NCBI GenBank assembly: GCA_049324415.1
Contig: JBMOOS010000042.1
Location: 93,920-157,919 of the forward strand
DNA: 64,000 nt
Source of the DNA: Pseudomonadota bacterium
Lineage (GTDB): Bacteria > Pseudomonadota > Alphaproteobacteria > Sphingomonadales > CAKZYD01
Direction: 5' to 3'
How positions within the stretch are numbered: the stretch's first letter is position 1; each line of letters opens with the position of its first letter. The notes under the pieces were generated by a model. That model was not told where the DNA came from. It saw only the letters and a program-made list of their open reading frames with translations, and searched no databases. Made by a program: the position numbers and the translations under genes. Shown in pieces: positions 60,040 through 64,000 of the stretch.

Positions 60040-61824
60040 ATGTTGCGTATGAATGATTTGCCCCTGCTCATCAAAGTCAGCCTGGCGCCAGCCATTGCCT
60101 TTGTCATTCTCCTCGCCCTGGCGCTGTTCGCCAATTTCGGCTTGACCCGCGCTTCCGGCGGGGTCGGGCAAATTGTCGATAATGACATGAAGATCACCCG
60201 CCAGCTCGCCGCCGCCGATAGCCAGTTCAAGGAACTGGACGGCGATCTTTATCGCCTTATCACCCTTTACGCCGCGGGCGATAAGTCGGTCGAGCTTGCC
60301 ACTGGCGTCAAGGCGCTCAAGGACCATCTGGCCGAGGTGCGGGGCAGGCTCGACCATTTGAAAACCGACTTTTCGGGGCAGGTCGATGAAGACAATTTGA
60401 ACGCCATCGAGGCCGAGCTCGTCAAATATGGCGAGGCCATCGATGTCGTGACCTCGATGCTGGAGATCGATTTTGCCAGCGCTGTCTCCTTCATCCAGCC
60501 GTTTCGCGAGAACGCCGCCAAGGTGGCATCGACCATCGAGGCCTTGGCGATCCAGGCGCAGGAGCGCTCGGATGAGCGCGCCGCCACCATTCAGGAAAGC
60601 GTTTCCAGCATCACCATCACCTTTCTCGTGACCACGGCGGTCGCCGGCCTCATGGTCGCTGCCCTCGCTTGGCTCATCGGGCGCAAGACCAGCACCTCGA
60701 TCACCGAGATCGCCAAGGCCACCGCCCGCCTCGCCGATGGCGACCGGGCGGTTGACGTCAATGCCCTTGCGCGCAAGGACGAGCTGGGAACGGTGGTCGA
60801 CGCCTTGCGGCAGTTCCGCGAGCAAATGCTGGAGAACGATCGCCTGCAGCAAGAGCAGCAAGCGATGCGCGCCAAGGCGGAAGAAGAAGAAAAGCGGCGC
60901 CGCGAGGAAGCCCGCCAGGCCGAGCAAGCGCAGCGCGCCCAGGAAGAGGAGCGGCGGCGCAAGGCCGAGGAAGAGAAAAAGGAGATGCTGCGCAAGCTCG
61001 CCGACGCCTTTGACCTCTCGGTCTCTTCCGTCGTCAAGGTGGTGCAGCAGTCGGCCGGCGACCTCGATACCCGCTCCGCCGGGGTCAAGGACCGCGCGGT
61101 CGATAATGAAGGTCTGTGCCGCTCGCTTTCCAGCGTCGCCGATGACGTCTCCGGCGGCATGCAGGTGGTGGCGACGGCGACCGAGGAGCTCTCCTCCTCG
61201 ATCAGCGAAATCTCGCGCCGGGTGAACGAGTCCTCGACCGCGGTGAAAAGCGCGGTTGAGCGCACCCGCGAGACCAACAACGCGGTGCTCGAGCTTGCCT
61301 CCACCGCCGAGCGCATCGGCCAGGTGGTGACGCTGATCAACGACATCGCCTCCCAGACCAACCTCCTCGCGCTCAACGCCACCATCGAGGCGGCGCGCGC
61401 CGGTGAGGCCGGCAAGGGCTTTGCCGTGGTGGCGAGCGAGGTGAAGAACCTTGCCGGCCAGACCGCCAAGGCGACCGACGAGATCGCCGAGCAGGTGGAA
61501 AGCGTGCAGTCGGTCACCGATATCGTGGTGAAATCGATGAAGCTCATCGGCGAGACCATCGACCAGGTGAACGGCATCGCCGCCGATATCGCCGCCGCGG
61601 TCGAGCAGCAAGCCAAGGCGACCGACGAGATCGCCCACACCGTGTCGGCGGCGACCAGCAAGATCAGCACCTTGTCGGGAAGCGCCGAGGAACTCACCCG
61701 TTCCTCCGTCGACAATGGCGATGCCGCCAGCAACCTCATCGAGATCGTCGCCGCGCTGCGCCAGCAGTTCGATGAATTGCAGAAGGAGGCCAACGGCTTC
61801 GTCGAAAAGATCCGCGCCGCCTGA
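60040..61824 (+). CDS. methyl-accepting chemotaxis protein (periplasmic helical sensor, HAMP, charged coiled-coil insert, MCP signalling domain)
   Basis: Two TM segments, a HAMP-like segment ([18 protein letters not shown]...[10 protein letters not shown]) and the highly conserved tip [35 protein letters not shown] 60040 follows AAAGGA by 8 nt; the track ORF starts at 59965. Confidence 0.88.
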   Translation: MLRMNDLPLLIKVSLAPAIAFVILLALALFANFGLTRASGGVGQIVDNDMKITRQLAAADSQFKELDGDLYRLITLYAAGDKSVELATGVKALKDHLAEVRGRLDHLKTDFSGQVDEDNLNAIEAELVKYGEAIDVVTSMLEIDFASAVSFIQPFRENAAKVASTIEALAIQAQERSDERAATIQESVSSITITFLVTTAVAGLMVAALAWLIGRKTSTSITEIAKATARLADGDRAVDVNALARKDELGTVVDALRQFREQMLENDRLQQEQQAMRAKAEEEEKRRREEARQAEQAQRAQEEERRRKAEEEKKEMLRKLADAFDLSVSSVVKVVQQSAGDLDTRSAGVKDRAVDNEGLCRSLSSVADDVSGGMQVVATATEELSSSISEISRRVNESSTAVKSAVERTRETNNAVLELASTAERIGQVVTLINDIASQTNLLALNATIEAARAGEAGKGFAVVASEVKNLAGQTAKATDEIAEQVESVQSVTDIVVKSMKLIGETIDQVNGIAADIAAAVEQQAKATDEIAHTVSAATSKISTLSGSAEELTRSSVDNGDAASNLIEIVAALRQQFDELQKEANGFVEKIRAA

Positions 61825-61927
61825 CGGGCTGCAAGCCCTTTAGAGGCAAGCCCCGCCTTTGCCCCTTTGCCCGCCGCCGGCCGCTTGTTATAGTCGCCGG
61901 CGGCACCGGCAGAACGAAGGGAACGCC

Positions 61928-62329
61928 ATGGTCCGCGCCGTCATTGCGATCATCGCCGGTCTCGGCGGCGCTCTCATCGTCATCCTCGCCACCGAATGGC
62001 TGGGCCATATGCTGGCGCCGTCAATGGGGGCTGCTCCTGGTGAATTTGAGTCTGTGGCCATGGCGGGCGCCGCGCTGCCCCTTGCCAGTCTTGTGCTTGT
62101 GCTTCTTGCCTATGTGCTGGGTAGTTTGGCCGGCGGCTGGATCACGGCGCGTATCATGGGCGACAGGCAATGGTGGCCGTCGCTGACGGTGGGAGCGATG
62201 CTCCTTCTCGGCGTCATCATGAATCTGGAAGCCATTCCCCACCCCTTGTGGTTCGCCGTGCTTGCCCTTGTCATACCCCTGCCGTTGGCCTTGGCCGGGT
62301 TTCGCCTCGCGCGCAGTCTTGCCCGCTGA
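61928..62329 (+). CDS. hypothetical small membrane protein (133 aa, 4 predicted TM)
   Basis: MVRAVIAIIAGLGGALIVILATEWLG... is hydrophobic throughout. AAGGGA precedes the ATG. Stop lies 3 nt before the DASS transporter. Confidence 0.6.
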   Translation: MVRAVIAIIAGLGGALIVILATEWLGHMLAPSMGAAPGEFESVAMAGAALPLASLVLVLLAYVLGSLAGGWITARIMGDRQWWPSLTVGAMLLLGVIMNLEAIPHPLWFAVLALVIPLPLALAGFRLARSLAR

Positions 62330-62332
62330 TCC

Positions 62333-63829
62333 ATGACCGACCTTGGCATCGCTGCCCGCGCGGCCACCCGGGCAGGCTATCAGCGCATCGGCTTTGCCTT
62401 GGGGCCGCTTGTCGGGCTTTTGCTCCTCCTCCTGCCCGCGCCGGAGGGCCTCAGCCTTGAAGGCTGGCGTGTCGTCGCCCTTGCCGCCTGGATGGCGATC
62501 TGGTGGGCGACCGAGGCAATCCCGGTGCCGGCGACCTCGCTGCTCCCCATCATCGCCTTGCCGCTGCTGGGGGTTTCCGGCATCGCCGCCGCCACCGCCC
62601 CCTTTGCCAATCCAGTCATCTTCCTGTTGCTGGGTGGCTTCGTCATCGCCCTCAGCCTGGAGGAATGGGGCCTCCACCGCCGCATCGCCCTTGGCGTCCT
62701 TGCCCGGGTTGGCGACCATAAGCTTGCCATGCTCGCCGGCTTCATGGGGGTGGCGGCGTTCCTTTCCATGTGGATCTCCAACACCGCCACCACCATGATG
62801 ATGATGCCGATCGCCTTGTCGGTGGCGGGGGTCGTCGGCAAGGGCAAGGCGGGCACGCGCGATGGCGAGGCTTTCACCGTCATGCTGCTTTTGGGCATCG
62901 CCTATGCCGCTTCCATCGGCGGCATGGGAACCCTCATCGGCACCACCACCAACGCGGTCGCCGTCGGCTATTTGCGGGACGCCTTCGCCATGGATTTGGG
63001 CTTTGCCGATTGGCTCGCTTTCGGCCTGCCGGCGGTGGTCGTCCTCGTCCCTGCGGCATGGGCCATCCTCACCCTGCTGCTGCGCTGGCGCTTGGGGCCG
63101 CAAGGGCTTGCCGGCGCGCCCGACGCCAGCGCTTTCATCCGCCATGAACTGGCGTTGCTCGGCCCTATGACGCGGCCGGAAAAGCGGGTGGCCTGGCTGT
63201 GCTGCGCCGTCGCGCTTTTGTGGATCGCCCGCCCGGCGGTCAACGCCTTTCTCGGCGCCCGTTTTCTCACCGATGCCGGCATCGCCATTTTGGGCGCCGT
63301 CGCCCTCTTTGTCATTCCCGCAGGGGATAAACAAAAGCGCGATGCCTTTCTTCTCGACTGGCGCGCGACGACGCGCATGAACTGGGGGGTTTTATTGTTA
63401 TTCGGTGGCGGTATGTCGTTGGCGAGCGCGGTGGATGGCTCGGGGCTTGCCCTGTGGCTGGGCGGGGCCTTGGCCGGGCTCACCGCCCTGCCGCTCCCCC
63501 TGCTCATGCTCATCCTCGTCACCCTTGTCGTGTTTCTGACCGAGCTCACCAGCAATACGGCGACCATCGCCACCTTGATGCCGATCCTCGGGGCGCTCGC
63601 CACTGCCGGCGGCTTTGACCCCCTGCTGCTTGCCGCGCCGGTGGCGATGGCCGCTTCCGCAGCCTTCATGCTGCCGGTCGCCACCGGACCCAATGCCGTG
63701 GTCTTTGGCAGCGGCCATGTCCATGTGCCGGACATGGCGAAGACCGGCTTCTGGCTCAACCTTGCCGCCATCGCAGGGCTTACCGCCATCGGCGCCTTAT
63801 GGGTGCCGCTGCTGCTTGGCGTGCGTTGA
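62333..63829 (+). CDS. DASS/SLC13-family sodium-coupled anion symporter
   Basis: 498 aa, very hydrophobic, with the two hairpin-tip SNT motifs (MWISNTATTMMMMP and ELTSNTATIATLMP). Confidence 0.85.
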   Translation: MTDLGIAARAATRAGYQRIGFALGPLVGLLLLLLPAPEGLSLEGWRVVALAAWMAIWWATEAIPVPATSLLPIIALPLLGVSGIAAATAPFANPVIFLLLGGFVIALSLEEWGLHRRIALGVLARVGDHKLAMLAGFMGVAAFLSMWISNTATTMMMMPIALSVAGVVGKGKAGTRDGEAFTVMLLLGIAYAASIGGMGTLIGTTTNAVAVGYLRDAFAMDLGFADWLAFGLPAVVVLVPAAWAILTLLLRWRLGPQGLAGAPDASAFIRHELALLGPMTRPEKRVAWLCCAVALLWIARPAVNAFLGARFLTDAGIAILGAVALFVIPAGDKQKRDAFLLDWRATTRMNWGVLLLFGGGMSLASAVDGSGLALWLGGALAGLTALPLPLLMLILVTLVVFLTELTSNTATIATLMPILGALATAGGFDPLLLAAPVAMAASAAFMLPVATGPNAVVFGSGHVHVPDMAKTGFWLNLAAIAGLTAIGALWVPLLLGVR

Positions 63830-63871
63830 AAGCATGGACTTCACGCTGGCAATGGCCTTATAAGCCGGGCC

Positions 63872-64000
63872 ATGACGACAACAGCCAGCGCCGGCGCCCG
63901 CAGCTTTGTTAAGATGCACGGGCTTGGCAACGACTTCGCGATTTTCGATGCCCGCCGCCAGCCGCTTTCCCTGGTGCCGGAGCAGGTGCGCCTCCTTGCC
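63872..64000 (+). CDS. dapF: diaminopimelate epimerase (N-terminal part; runs off right edge)
   Basis: Own translation from ATG 63872: MTTTASAGARSFVKMHGLGNDFAIFDARRQ...; the KMHGLGNDF motif. Confidence 0.8.
   Translation, partial: MTTTASAGARSFVKMHGLGNDFAIFDARRQPLSLVPEQVRLLA

Overview
This is 64 kb of high-GC chromosome, roughly 65-75% in the 60-nt stretches I hand-counted. It looks alphaproteobacterial: class-I LysRS, RegB/RegA (ActS/ActR) two-component pair, IalB, DUF481 outer-membrane protein. It is densely packed with about 58 protein genes, mostly core functions. These include lysK', a DinG/XPD-like helicase, ftsY, argG, rlmN, scoAB, acnA, maeB, sdhCDAB, asd-leuBDC, the ffh-rpsP-rimM-trmD-rplS block and dapF'. 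I recognised no rRNA, tRNA, CRISPR array, transposase or integrase. Many long ORFs in the six-frame track are antisense shadow ORFs typical of high-GC DNA; I did not call them. The only clearly foreign insert is a ~1.3 kb low-GC type II restriction-modification cassette at 44243..45501 (BglII-fold endonuclease plus MT-A70 methyltransferase). Candidates worth a second look, none proven: (1) a HerA/FtsK-type ATPase translationally coupled to a 561-aa protein with no motif I can place (10642..14023); (2) a YfiR-like(DUF4154)/TonB-dependent receptor/chemoreceptor cluster (57288..61824); (3) an orphan 508-aa protein with a degenerate PP-loop (47477..49003); (4) a structured MITE/REP-like element in two copies 9.8 kb apart, one of which supplies the stop codon of a Ca/Na antiporter gene; (5) a rlmN / 2OG-oxygenase / PlpD-like patatin autotransporter operon; (6) a small independent transcription unit (35-codon signal-peptide ORF plus strong terminator) in the 790-bp ftsY/acyl-CoA dehydrogenase spacer. 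All functional calls rest on motifs I read in the translations and on memory of the families. No database search was run.
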